From a virus: a stretch of DNA of 64,000 bases. The notes below the pieces were generated by a model. That model worked only from the letters and a program-made list of their open reading frames with translations, searched no databases and was not told the origin of the DNA. This document shows positions 53,846-63,350 of this stretch, piece after piece. Within the stretch, counting starts at the first letter, position 1; the number at the start of each line of letters is the position of its first letter. The position numbers and the translations under genes are program-made. Location: IMG/VR virus record IMGVR_UViG_3300032213_001373, positions 1 through 64,000 of that record; one strand, given 5' to 3'.

Positions 53846-54553
53846 TTAGAGCTGTCCAGCGATTTCACGAGCAATCTCTTCAAGTTCAGCCTTTGTCGGA
53901 ATGTGAAGTGCTTCCGGTCCAAGTGGCTTCATTGGTTTGATTAACTCGGCTGCTGCTACAGGATCAATTTCCCAGTCATCAGCAAGATCGCGCTCTTTAA
54001 CAGGAGCTATAGAGTACGCGGTCTTTGTACCAGTACCGGACTTGCTAACAGCCCAGTAAATATCTGGACGATCAAGTGGTCCAGTCTTCTTATCAGTGTG
54101 GAGCTTTTCAAGCTGACCACATAGACGAACGCCTACAACCATAAGTTCGATCTTTGGTTCTTCGGCAGAAAGATTAACTACAGAGAATGCAAACTTTTGA
54201 TCTGGCTTGCTTCCTACTGCAATTAGTGGATCGCCCTCACCAATACTAATAAATGAGCGCTTGCCCTGACGGTTAACCCAGTGCTGCATAAAGGTCATTG
54301 GTTCGCCAGAGATGAATTTGATTAGCTGAACGTCCTCAGTAAACTTGAAGTCGTTTGCATACTTTTCATTGGACTTAGCAACTGCTTTCTTAGCTGCTGC
54401 CCAACCTGATTGGATTGTAGAAGAACGATCTGATGTATCGTTTTCGTTTTCTTCTACGAACATTTCCTCAAGCTCTGCTTGAGATGGACTGTGCATTGTG
54501 TCAACATATGAGTCAACATTTGGTGCGTCTTCTTTATCAATACGAATACCCAT
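53846..54553 (-). CDS. Putative single-stranded DNA-binding protein
   Basis: ATG 54553 after AAGGAG; IKF...P..F.QHW, SK.G.G.KT.Y; adjacent to polymerase. Confidence 0.6.
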   Translation of the reverse strand: MGIRIDKEDAPNVDSYVDTMHSPSQAELEEMFVEENENDTSDRSSTIQSGWAAAKKAVAKSNEKYANDFKFTEDVQLIKFISGEPMTFMQHWVNRQGKRSFISIGEGDPLIAVGSKPDQKFAFSVVNLSAEEPKIELMVVGVRLCGQLEKLHTDKKTGPLDRPDIYWAVSKSGTGTKTAYSIAPVKERDLADDWEIDPVAAAELIKPMKPLGPEALHIPTKAELEEIAREIAGQL

Positions 54554-54596
54554 TTGGGGTACTCCTTTCATAGCCATAGCCATAGTCATAGTAGAG

Positions 54597-55070
54597 TCAA
54601 GAAACGGATGTTTCTTGTGAGTGAATCTTATCCCATTTTCCCATCAATTCAATTGATAGATCCGGGTATCGATTCCAATCAATCCGTGGGGCTTCAAGAA
54701 GCCCACGAGATTGAAAGCTTTCGATAGTTGCTTCGACGATTGCTCTGCTGTACATCCGCCATCCGGGCTTCTTTACACCATTTACAACCATTGACTTCAA
54801 GCGATAGGGTGCACGTGGTATATAACCTTTTCGTTCCCAAAGCCTCAAAGTAACTAACGGTCTGCCTAATGCAAGAGCTAACGCACCTGCACTAAACAAT
54901 TCTAACTCCTTACCTGTTGGTAAGGTTTTTACCTGTGGATCGGAATCCCAGGAACCTACTGTAGCAGCTTTTTTAACCTTCGCTTTAGGGTCGGGTTCTC
55001 TGCGCTTACGTTTAGAGCCTGGATAAAAATCATCTAGGCTACTAAATAACTTATCTACTTCATCGTTCAT
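54597..55070 (-). CDS. MerR-like HTH DNA-binding protein
   Basis: F..GALA.ALGR...TLRLWER.G.IP...R.YS. Confidence 0.78.
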   Translation of the reverse strand: MNDEVDKLFSSLDDFYPGSKRKRREPDPKAKVKKAATVGSWDSDPQVKTLPTGKELELFSAGALALALGRPLVTLRLWERKGYIPRAPYRLKSMVVNGVKKPGWRMYSRAIVEATIESFQSRGLLEAPRIDWNRYPDLSIELMGKWDKIHSQETSVS

Positions 55071-55507
55071 GATTTACTTGGAACAAACGCCCATGTAATC
55101 TTCTTAGGGAACATAGTATCCACATCTTCTTCAGAGAGCAAACCCTCATAAAGGCAAGCCATAACTGCGTCCTCATCCAGTACCGGCATAGTTCTAAAGC
55201 AACGGCTTTCCAATCCTTTTTCCTTTAGGATTCGCTCTGCCTCATCTAGATCCAAGCTTTGTGAAACACGACGCTCACGCTTTAAAGATACATACCCACC
55301 AACCTCTTCAGGAAGTTGGTACCACTTGTGGCCCTTATCATCTTCTTCACCATCTGAATCTACAAGATCTGATAGGTAAGACTTTACTTGGGTAAGTTCT
55401 TTTGTTGCATCATCAATTTTATTTTTTAAGAATACAAAGTTACGTACTTTACCTAGTACGCCATCGTCAGCAGATACTGATCTAGATGGTTTTTCAATCT
55501 TTGCCAT
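55067..55507 (-). CDS. Hypothetical protein (coiled coil + beta region)
   Basis: 146 aa, AGAGGG RBS. Confidence 0.75.
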   Translation of the reverse strand: MAKIEKPSRSVSADDGVLGKVRNFVFLKNKIDDATKELTQVKSYLSDLVDSDGEEDDKGHKWYQLPEEVGGYVSLKRERRVSQSLDLDEAERILKEKGLESRCFRTMPVLDEDAVMACLYEGLLSEEDVDTMFPKKITWAFVPSKS

Positions 55508-55530
55508 AACGCCCTCTTTCTCTTTGTTGG

Positions 55531-55557
55531 TGAGCAGTTTAGGGACATACTCAGGTC
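55531..55557 (-). promoter_or_regulatory. Compact H-type pseudoknot motif, copy 2
   Basis: GAC-CTGAGTAT-GTC-CCT-AAAC-TGCTCA on the minus strand. Confidence 0.65.
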
Positions 55558-55566
55558 ACTGTCAAA

Positions 55567-56067
55567 TTAATTAATCTCGATTACCTTTGGTTTCTTTTCC
55601 TCAGGAAGCTCCTGACGAAGAAGAATACGAAGCATACCATCCTTCATATCGGCGCTGTCAACCACGACGTACTCAGCTAGAGCAAAGTCTTGCTTGAAGT
55701 CTCGGGAAGCAATGCCTTTATGAACATAGTTATCCACAGATGGTAGGGCTGAGCCTTCTACTGTCAAAGTTAGTTCCTTGACAGAGATCTTGATGTCTTC
55801 TTTTGAGAATCCGGCAACAGCAATTTCCAGGACGTAGTTGTCCTTGGACTTGTAGATGTTGTAAGGCGGGTAGGAAGTCATCTTTGCCTCAGAAGCAATT
55901 GACTTTAGGGTTTCAAACAAAGGATCAAACCCGATAGCCCAACGCTCAAACTGTGGGAAGAGTGAATTGATTGTAACTGGCCCAGGGGATGTAGCGGCTG
56001 GCTTTTTGTGCCAATCGTAGTCTGGGTACTTTTTGTTGCCTTCATGAGGCATGGGAATTAGAGCCAT
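55567..56067 (-). CDS. hsp20: Small heat-shock protein Hsp20 (IbpA-like)
   Basis: IGFD, YPPYNI, IAVAGF, HKGIASRDF...F.LA, DGML.I.L...PEEKKP..IEI. Confidence 0.95.
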   Translation of the reverse strand: MALIPMPHEGNKKYPDYDWHKKPAATSPGPVTINSLFPQFERWAIGFDPLFETLKSIASEAKMTSYPPYNIYKSKDNYVLEIAVAGFSKEDIKISVKELTLTVEGSALPSVDNYVHKGIASRDFKQDFALAEYVVVDSADMKDGMLRILLRQELPEEKKPKVIEIN

Positions 56068-56147
56068 AATTATCTCCTTAGACGATAACTAGTAATGGAC
56101 CCCCCGTTGTGGGCAGGTCTCGGTGTATAACAACTATACCAGGGAAT

Positions 56148-56291
56148 TTATTCCCCGATATATTTTTTCAATGCCTCAATGATTACCTCTGTGACGGTAC
56201 GCTCTTCGATGGCAGCCTTATCCTTTACGGCATTCCAGAGGTCGTTAGAGACTCGGATGGTCCGTGTAGGCGTCTTCGGTGCATTGGGCAT
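56148..56291 (-). CDS. 47-aa ribbon-helix-helix DNA-binding protein
   Basis: Hand-read MPNAPKTPTRTIRVSNDLWNAVKDKAAIEERTVTEVIIEALKKYIGE. Confidence 0.8.
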   Translation of the reverse strand: MPNAPKTPTRTIRVSNDLWNAVKDKAAIEERTVTEVIIEALKKYIGE

Positions 56292-56300
56292 ACATATATT

Positions 56301-57863
56301 TTAAACCGTAATGTTCTGTAAGAAAGCACGAAGTGACCCCGCAGTTAAGGCTACCCCACCCTCAGAATTAATACCTTCACCGTCCAATACAGCCCCAGCT
56401 ACAGCCAGTTTCTGAGCCAGCATAGCGTGCTGTCGCTCCTCGATAGACCCCTCCATAAGGAAGTCTTGGACGACTATGGTTTTCCATGTACTAGACGCAC
56501 GACGAATACGACCGTTGCGCTGTACAGCCAAGCCAGCATTCCACGGCAAGTCGTAATTAATGAGTAGGTTAGCCTGAGGAAGATCCACCCCATACCCACC
56601 AGCATCAGAACTAACGAGGATACGAGTACCAGGCTGAGTCTGAAACTTAAGTTTAGAATCTTCTTTAGCTTTTGCATTCATCTCTCCTGTGTAGGGTGCG
56701 CTACCCCAATCCATAATTAAAGCATCACGAATAATATCAACCATGTGTACATAGCTGGTAAAGATAACAAGTTTGTTCTTGTCATCTGAATTTAAAAAGT
56801 TATCAACATATTCTTTAAGAGCGGAAAGTTTAGGATGCTTAGTAACACTGTCTAAACGTCCAGAATCTTTTAGGCCACTGACATATCCGGAAGACTCTGA
56901 GGATACTTGCAGCAATTCAGGGTGATCGCAAAGCATTCTAAGTGCAGTTAGTTTAGACATGATACGACCTCGTAAAGCATCCGCACCTTCAAAGCTATCT
57001 GCGTGACCGTAATGCGTAAAGATGTCAAAAGACGCACCGTAGGAATCCGTAGCTTCATCTAGATCGTTGAGGATTTCATTAGCAATACTCTTGTATAGTT
57101 TTTTAGATGCTGAATCAAAAGGAACAAGAATAGGCTCAGCAAAAATTGTTTCTGGCAAGTAAGGTGCAACATCTTCGTCGGTCTGACGTTTGCGTACACA
57201 CGCCTCCATCAATGTCTTGTTAAGTATAGGAAGGTTACGGTAACGCTCTACACCACCAAAGCGGTTGCGAACAATAAAGGTTTGATCGAATAGATCAAAG
57301 CGCCCTAGCAATGAAGGGTCTACAAACTGCATAATTGAATATAGTTCTTCCGGCTTTCCGTTCTCTACGGGTGTGCCGGTTAGAGCAAACTTGTAATCGC
57401 TCTTAAGTTTCTTTACATACTTTGATCGTTTTGATCTAAAGCTTTTGATTGCGGTTGCTTCGTCGCAGACAATGAATCCCGTAGGGAGCTGTCGTACGTA
57501 CTCCCAGTCGTTAACAACTTGCTCGTAGTTAATAATGACATAATCAACCAACGAATGGCCCCAGTCGAGTGCTTCGATGTACTGGGCTTCCCTTTGTTTT
57601 GGCGTTCCATCAATAACCAGAGGTGTTGAAGTTCCATCAGTAAATTTCCTAATCTGTTCTGCCCATTGGTATTTAAGGCTAGAAAGACAGATGATAATAC
57701 CTGGCTCCCGGATTGAACCGTTGTCCATCAACTGTTCGAGCGCAGCTATAGTCAGGACTGTCTTTCCAAGCCCCAAATCATAGGCCACTAACATCTTGCC
57801 GCGATCGCACATTGCGTCTACGGCTTCTGGTTGGTAAGGCAATAAGGTACCTGTGAAGGTCAT
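56301..57863 (-). CDS. SNF2-family helicase
   Basis: L.PYQ, DLGLGKT, CDEA, LTGTP.EN, GVDL..A..LINYDLPWN, QR.GR..R. Confidence 0.92.
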   Translation of the reverse strand: MTFTGTLLPYQPEAVDAMCDRGKMLVAYDLGLGKTVLTIAALEQLMDNGSIREPGIIICLSSLKYQWAEQIRKFTDGTSTPLVIDGTPKQREAQYIEALDWGHSLVDYVIINYEQVVNDWEYVRQLPTGFIVCDEATAIKSFRSKRSKYVKKLKSDYKFALTGTPVENGKPEELYSIMQFVDPSLLGRFDLFDQTFIVRNRFGGVERYRNLPILNKTLMEACVRKRQTDEDVAPYLPETIFAEPILVPFDSASKKLYKSIANEILNDLDEATDSYGASFDIFTHYGHADSFEGADALRGRIMSKLTALRMLCDHPELLQVSSESSGYVSGLKDSGRLDSVTKHPKLSALKEYVDNFLNSDDKNKLVIFTSYVHMVDIIRDALIMDWGSAPYTGEMNAKAKEDSKLKFQTQPGTRILVSSDAGGYGVDLPQANLLINYDLPWNAGLAVQRNGRIRRASSTWKTIVVQDFLMEGSIEERQHAMLAQKLAVAGAVLDGEGINSEGGVALTAGSLRAFLQNITV

Positions 57864-58078
57864 ACGAGTTCGTCTCTCCTCCAGTGGATAAAAGACTTCA
57901 CGTAAACAATTGCGTAAGCAATAGCAGAAAAGATAAACCCATATTGCTTAGTAGTGACGGCATATACGATCCAAATTACTTCGTTAACTAGTAGGACTAT
58001 CCATCCCCAAATAGTTTTCTTTCCCACGAAGTAGATTCCGCAAACACCAATGGCAGCTAAAACCCAAGACCAGTACAT
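57860..58078 (-). CDS. Short PnuC-like membrane protein
   Basis: 72 aa, about 3 TM; G.K..WGW.....N..IW..YA....QYG. Confidence 0.6.
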   Translation of the reverse strand: MYWSWVLAAIGVCGIYFVGKKTIWGWIVLLVNEVIWIVYAVTTKQYGFIFSAIAYAIVYVKSFIHWRRDELV

Positions 58079-58086
58079 ACCTGCCC

Positions 58087-59064
58087 CTAACTGTAGATTG
58101 CAGACTCTCCGAATACGCAGTGCCTAGCATTTTCAATTCCATATACTACCTGATCCCGAGTCATGTCACCGATGTCTTTGGCGCCACTATCTCCGTAGGC
58201 AAAGAACCAGCACTCCATACCAAGCTTCTTAATCTTAGCAAACATTTCTTTAGAGGCTTTCTCCCCAGCCGGATCGATCTTGGGGTTATCAAATGCCAGT
58301 ATTAACTTGTCAGCTTGACGCATTAGTTCAACCTGTTCAGAGCTTACAGAAGCTCCAAAGGTAGAGACTCCATCTGGACCTACTTTTAAAGATCTTAAAT
58401 AGACCGCATCTAAAGGAGATTCTACTACAATCATAGTTCCTCCTAACCACACGTCCAATCCAAATAAAGTCTTAGACTTCTGAACACCGGCTGGACGGTT
58501 TCTAAAGAGTCGATTGCTCTGACCCTTCTCCTGCCAGCCCATAAGCTTGCCACTATCAGCGTGACGTATAGGTGTGATCCAAGCCTCTTGTCGCTTATCC
58601 CAACGCACACCATAGTCATAGCAAGCGTTCTCAGTTAGCTTACGAGCCTGAACAGCCCACTCCGGAGGAGAGTCAAAGATTGCAAGACGGGCTTCGCTCA
58701 TCTCAACTGGTCTAGGAATAGATACGTAGCTGTTACGCATCTCCTCCATCTGCTTTACAAGAAGGTCAAGGTCTACCTCAACGTTAGCTCGCAACCAATC
58801 CTTGGCTGCCTCTAGATCAAGGCGTCCCCACTCTGTCTTAAGCTCAAGCACTTCCGCGACAAGAGTTATAAGAGTTCCCTTGTATCCACAGGAGAAGCAA
58901 TGGTGGACACCAGTCTCAGAGTTGATTGACCAGGATGGATTGTGATCTTCCTTGCCGGTTCTCTCTAAGTGCATAGGGCACCAACCAGTCAGCTCACTGT
59001 TCCGCTGAGTGGTATCGATACCAAGACGTAGCAGAGCTTGCTGTACGTCACCTTCTCTATACAT
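58087..59064 (-). CDS. DNA primase (CHC2 zinc finger + TOPRIM)
   Basis: CPMH...HCFSC; VVESPLD, AFDN..D.AG, KDIGDM. Confidence 0.92.
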   Translation of the reverse strand: MYREGDVQQALLRLGIDTTQRNSELTGWCPMHLERTGKEDHNPSWSINSETGVHHCFSCGYKGTLITLVAEVLELKTEWGRLDLEAAKDWLRANVEVDLDLLVKQMEEMRNSYVSIPRPVEMSEARLAIFDSPPEWAVQARKLTENACYDYGVRWDKRQEAWITPIRHADSGKLMGWQEKGQSNRLFRNRPAGVQKSKTLFGLDVWLGGTMIVVESPLDAVYLRSLKVGPDGVSTFGASVSSEQVELMRQADKLILAFDNPKIDPAGEKASKEMFAKIKKLGMECWFFAYGDSGAKDIGDMTRDQVVYGIENARHCVFGESAIYS

Positions 59065-59234
59065 TAGTCCACCGGTGTTGGTGCGGTTGCAAGCGCACCG
59101 CATAACGCACATTCCATATCAAGCATGTAAAGAGAGATCTCTCCCTCTTCAAACATAACCTGTACCTTCCACAGCAGAGAGCCGCAGATACATACATGCA
59201 ATGGTGCTTCTTTATCTCTAAGATCTAAACTCAT
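59064..59234 (-). CDS. 56-aa zinc-ribbon microprotein
   Basis: Hand-read MSLDLR...HVCICGS.LW...MECALCG.LATAPTPVD. Confidence 0.75.
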   Translation of the reverse strand: MSLDLRDKEAPLHVCICGSLLWKVQVMFEEGEISLYMLDMECALCGALATAPTPVD

Positions 59235-59509
59235 GCCCTTACCCTCTTCCTACGACGCATTAGGCGCCGCTCATGAGGAGTTGTTGCTCCCCAAATACCA
59301 TCCAGCTCAGGATGCTTAAGTGCATACTCAAGACACCCTAGTGTTAACGGACAGCTCTTACAAATAGCCTTTGCTGTATACATATCTGCATACTCTTCAG
59401 GTGTCGAGTCTGTAAGGTCGTCCTTCTCCCTTGTAAAGAAGAGTTCAGGATCTACCTGTGCACAGAGCTGACTGCCATCAAACAATTGGTGTTCCGAATA
59501 GAGATCCAT
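59231..59509 (-). CDS. whiB: WhiB-family transcription factor (copy 2)
   Basis: LCAQVDPELFF, AKAICKSCPL..CL.YAL, GIWGATT..ER. Confidence 0.92.
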   Translation of the reverse strand: MDLYSEHQLFDGSQLCAQVDPELFFTREKDDLTDSTPEEYADMYTAKAICKSCPLTLGCLEYALKHPELDGIWGATTPHERRLMRRRKRVRA

Positions 59510-60719
59510 ACTCTTCAAACTTTCCTTCCTCCCAGTCCCACAACAGGTCACTTGAAGCCGGTCCGCAGTTACGGCTGGCTACGATCTTAAGCTCACGAGA
59601 TGTATCGTCTTCTTCATCCTGCTTTTGCAAACCAAGGATTACATCTGAGTCCTGATAGAACGATGATGAATATCCAATTGCGTCCGCGGAAACTTGACGC
59701 TTCTTCATCTTCCAGAGAAGCACCTGTGTGGAGACGACGATAGGAATCTCTTTAGCCATAGCAAGATGCTTAAGGCCACGAGTTATATTGGTGAGTGCTT
59801 GAGGAGAGTTGGACTCTCCACTGACCTCATCAAGCATAAGATAAACACCGTCAACAAAAACAATGTTAGGACGAAGCTTGTCGATCTTTGCTGAGAGTCC
59901 TGTAACTGTCATTGCTGATACTGAATCTGTTAGATAGAAGTTGTGCATGGTCTCCATCTTTGTTAGTGCTGCTTTGTAGCGAGCTTCTTCATCTGGATTA
60001 AGAGAACCACGGATAAGTCGAGAGTGTGCAATCTTGGCACGCATTGCATCGTGACGATGTTGCTGTTCAATGTTAGTCATCTCAAAAGATTGGAACATTG
60101 GAACAAACCCATCTTCGTGAATGTTAACTGCAACCTGCATTGCAAGCACAGACTTACCGGTCTTAGGTGGTGCAATGATTGTTACAAGTTGTCCCGGCTG
60201 AAGACCTGCAGTTGCTTGGTCGATAGTTCTAAAGCCGGTTGCCATTCCAAGCAAACCATTAGGACGAGTCTTAACACTTAGATACTCATCAAAACGATTC
60301 ATTGGATCTTTAGTTAGATCGATATCAGATGACTCTGCTACACCCTCATCTGCAATACGGGCAACGCCACGACTCATCGCAGCTAAAGCAGAGTTGTGAT
60401 CTCCCTGTGAGATTGCCTCTGCTGCACTCTGTACTACGTCAATAGTGTGCTGGCGTTTGCGGTACTCAACTAACTGATCTACAAGATACTCAAGAGAATC
60501 TTCTACTGCCAAGAGGTTGTAGGTAGGAAAGTTATCTTTGACTGTGACAGCTGTAGGAACTTCGCTGTACTTAGTCCAGTGCTGTCTAAGGAACTGCCAG
60601 ACCTGTCGATTCTCATCAACAAAGAACCAACCGTCCTGAACCCCGGCCTCTAGCAGAGGAGCGATATCACGGGTGCGGATAGCACGAGACAGTAACCTGA
60701 TCTCATTATCTGCTGCCAT
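59478..60719 (-). CDS. dnaB: Replicative helicase DnaB
   Basis: TGF..ID..T.GLQ.GQL, APPKTGKS, SFEM, FVDG.YLM, QDSD, ASRN. Confidence 0.93.
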   Translation of the reverse strand: MAADNEIRLLSRAIRTRDIAPLLEAGVQDGWFFVDENRQVWQFLRQHWTKYSEVPTAVTVKDNFPTYNLLAVEDSLEYLVDQLVEYRKRQHTIDVVQSAAEAISQGDHNSALAAMSRGVARIADEGVAESSDIDLTKDPMNRFDEYLSVKTRPNGLLGMATGFRTIDQATAGLQPGQLVTIIAPPKTGKSVLAMQVAVNIHEDGFVPMFQSFEMTNIEQQHRHDAMRAKIAHSRLIRGSLNPDEEARYKAALTKMETMHNFYLTDSVSAMTVTGLSAKIDKLRPNIVFVDGVYLMLDEVSGESNSPQALTNITRGLKHLAMAKEIPIVVSTQVLLWKMKKRQVSADAIGYSSSFYQDSDVILGLQKQDEEDDTSRELKIVASRNCGPASSDLLWDWEEGKFEEYGSLFGTPIV

Positions 60720-61126
60720 TAGACCTTCCCCTCAATGTTAATGTACTTGCTTCCATAGCGTAACCCACGTTCTGGAATATCCACAACTCCGTACAACTCT
60801 GGTCTGTAGGGAAGTTCAGCAACCAGGTCTGCGACTACGTTATATGCAATGTAATAGTTAAACGGATTAGTGCCAAGATTATCTAGATCCTCTTGTACAC
60901 GATCCATTTCTTTTTGAGTATAGCCAAACCCAACTAACTCTAAACGGTACTCATACTTTTCAGCAAAGCGCCAGAACAGAGAAAGGGATTGTCGATTGTA
61001 AGTTACCTCTTCACCGAAGACAGGGATCCCTAGAACCTTTTTAAAGGTAGGGCTGCGATCGATGATGCAGTCAATAGCAACTGCAATTCTTGGAGGAACT
61101 TCATTTGAAATATCGCCCCCCTTCAT
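60719..61126 (-). CDS. Hypothetical protein (possible degenerate HAD-like fold)
   Basis: MKGGDISN..P.RI.V. Confidence 0.7.
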   Translation of the reverse strand: MKGGDISNEVPPRIAVAIDCIIDRSPTFKKVLGIPVFGEEVTYNRQSLSLFWRFAEKYEYRLELVGFGYTQKEMDRVQEDLDNLGTNPFNYYIAYNVVADLVAELPYRPELYGVVDIPERGLRYGSKYINIEGKV

Positions 61127-61128
61127 AA

Positions 61129-61428
61129 TTAGACTACCTCAATTTTTCCGTAGTCAATTAATAGTTTGCGAAACAACTTGGGATCCTTACTAGCGATGAT
61201 GGTGTCTAGTTTGGACGCACGATTAGAAACCTCGGTTGGATACACTCCACCGTTCTCTTCCATACGTGACTTAACAAAGCGGGTGTGCTTGCAGTTACCT
61301 CTGGAATCAAACCCAGGGCAAGAACAACGAAGTCGTTCTGTAGAGAGATTGATTTCAACCTCGTGCACGCCAGTATCTGATAAAAAGATCTGGGTAACTT
61401 GCCAGTAATTCATCTTCGTCCTAATCAT
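61129..61428 (-). CDS. SWIM zinc-finger protein
   Basis: CSCPGF....CKH. Confidence 0.8.
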   Translation of the reverse strand: MIRTKMNYWQVTQIFLSDTGVHEVEINLSTERLRCSCPGFDSRGNCKHTRFVKSRMEENGGVYPTEVSNRASKLDTIIASKDPKLFRKLLIDYGKIEVV

Positions 61429-62102
61429 CGTCGTCGATCTCCTCCGGTAGCAATTATGTCAAGAGGAACAAAAGCTTCATGCCCAAAGCTCCCCATAGAT
61501 TCTCCATACATTGAATCCCACTTGTCTAAAGAATAGTTGGTTGTAACGATAGTTGGCAACCCAGCATTAAATCTTGCACGTAGTAAAGCATCAAAAGTGT
61601 TTTCAGCCCACCCGCTTGCAGTTCTGTACTCCTTACCTAGGTCATCAAGAACTAGAAGTCGCACGTTGTTATCACGACCTGCTTCTCCATAAAGACCATT
61701 GATAAGAACTTCAAGTGTGTCATCAAACTCTGACCATTGTTGCTTCTGTAAACGAAGAAGCTTTGGGTAGTCAAGAAAAACTACTGGACGCTTTGCAGCA
61801 GAGCCTGTAGTCCCCCAACCAATAGGAGCCATAGTACGAATCAATGTCTGAGCAGTTACCGACGCAAGAGTTGTCTTGCCATGACCTGGTTCTCCCTGCA
61901 ACAAAAGACCTAGCCCACACTTCTTATCTCCGGCAGCGGTAATGACTCGTCCTTCTTCGACAAGTTTGATCCACTTATAAATCTCATCAACGACTGGGTT
62001 TTGATCCAGGTCAGAGAATTCCCACCCAACACTTTTTGTTGGGAAGCCAGCAGCATTGATCTGTGCCCTAACACTTCCAGGTAAATCTGATAGTGAATAC
62101 AT
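61425..62102 (-). CDS. DnaC/IstB-like ATPase (helicase loader)
   Basis: GEPGHGKTT, LLVLDDLGKE, R....LPTIVTTN. Confidence 0.9.
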   Translation of the reverse strand: MYSLSDLPGSVRAQINAAGFPTKSVGWEFSDLDQNPVVDEIYKWIKLVEEGRVITAAGDKKCGLGLLLQGEPGHGKTTLASVTAQTLIRTMAPIGWGTTGSAAKRPVVFLDYPKLLRLQKQQWSEFDDTLEVLINGLYGEAGRDNNVRLLVLDDLGKEYRTASGWAENTFDALLRARFNAGLPTIVTTNYSLDKWDSMYGESMGSFGHEAFVPLDIIATGGDRRR

Positions 62103-63055
62103 TAGCCCTCCAATAGCTTAAGCATTTTCTCTTGATGCTTCTTCAAAGCATCGTCATCACCTTCTGGTTTTTCATCGCGGTGAACCAATCCGTGAATGGT
62201 CGGATAGTATGCCACAAATCTGCGCCACAAGGGTTCACCGATTCCAGGGTCACGTAGCAACCGTGGATCAGCAAAGAACATTCTAATCGCCTTTAACATT
62301 CCAAGTCGAGTTGCACCTTCGCCAAACATCTTGTGCATCCAAGAACGGAAGTGATCGCGGTTCATCTGACCTGGTGTTCCTGGTGCAGCATCACGCATCA
62401 AGTCATAGAACTCAGCAATGATGTCGTTGCTATCCCACAACTCTTCAGGACGTTCGTTACGACGCATGTGCTTTGGCACCGCTTCGAACTTAGTCTTCTT
62501 GTACTTCTCGTTCAAACGTTTCTGACGATCCTCGATCTTTCCGACGGCGCCTGGTGATGCGTCAGCTTCCTCGCTGATGCGGAGGCGGCGGGGTTTGGGA
62601 TCTTCTTGCTCTTCTTCAAAAGGCCAACTCATTTCAACTTTCCCTTCGGACGTAGTCCCTAAAGATAAAGTACGTAGTACTTTATCTTTCTTTAAGCTAA
62701 GCGACTTAGTACTAGTATTAGTATTAGCTACTGCACTACTGTCAGTGTATAGACTGCCTGAAAACCCGTCGTCGGTCAAACCGTCGTCGGTGATTCTAAC
62801 GAATGGCATATTCAAATCGTTATTAGTAAATTTCCAATACGTTCGGAACTGACCTTTAACGCGATGCTTTTCCATTGTGATGTAACCAGCAAGCTTTAAC
62901 TCATTCATTGCAGAACGAATTGCGTCACGTCCTTCGCTAACATCTGGACGATCCGCTGCTTCCTCCGCAGAAATAACTCTGCCGATTTCTAAATAGAAAT
63001 AAAAAAATCCGACAGCACGTTTTGATAGCCTCGGATCTGTTGCGGGTGATTTCAT
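62102..63055 (-). CDS. Putative replication initiator (N-terminal HTH)
   Basis: DPRLS..A.G, EGRDAIRSAM.EL..AGYI; upstream of DnaC-like gene; internal repeats. Confidence 0.72.
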   Translation of the reverse strand: MKSPATDPRLSKRAVGFFYFYLEIGRVISAEEAADRPDVSEGRDAIRSAMNELKLAGYITMEKHRVKGQFRTYWKFTNNDLNMPFVRITDDGLTDDGFSGSLYTDSSAVANTNTSTKSLSLKKDKVLRTLSLGTTSEGKVEMSWPFEEEQEDPKPRRLRISEEADASPGAVGKIEDRQKRLNEKYKKTKFEAVPKHMRRNERPEELWDSNDIIAEFYDLMRDAAPGTPGQMNRDHFRSWMHKMFGEGATRLGMLKAIRMFFADPRLLRDPGIGEPLWRRFVAYYPTIHGLVHRDEKPEGDDDALKKHQEKMLKLLEG

Positions 63056-63078
63056 AGTCCCTCCTTCAGGAGGAGACT

Positions 63079-63342
63079 CTAGCGGGGTAAAACTCGATCA
63101 GGCAAATTGGTCTTGGCTGGGGCGGAAAGCTGCTCCACCAGGATAGACAAAACTAGGCCGCCAAAGGTCGCTGCAAGGCCGTAGACGGGCAAATAGGAGA
63201 GTTTAGTATCCAGGGTTAGGCAGAACCCTAAAGCGGCTACAAGGCCCAGCAAACCCCGCCATTTACCAAGCTGGATTATTAAACCTTCTACAGCCGTAAG
63301 AATGCAGGCAGTAGCCATAGATGCTATGAGTACTGTGGTCAT
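63079..63342 (-). CDS. Small membrane protein
   Basis: 87 aa, hydrophobic. Confidence 0.7.
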   Translation of the reverse strand: MTTVLIASMATACILTAVEGLIIQLGKWRGLLGLVAALGFCLTLDTKLSYLPVYGLAATFGGLVLSILVEQLSAPAKTNLPDRVLPR

Positions 63343-63350
63343 GTTGCCCC

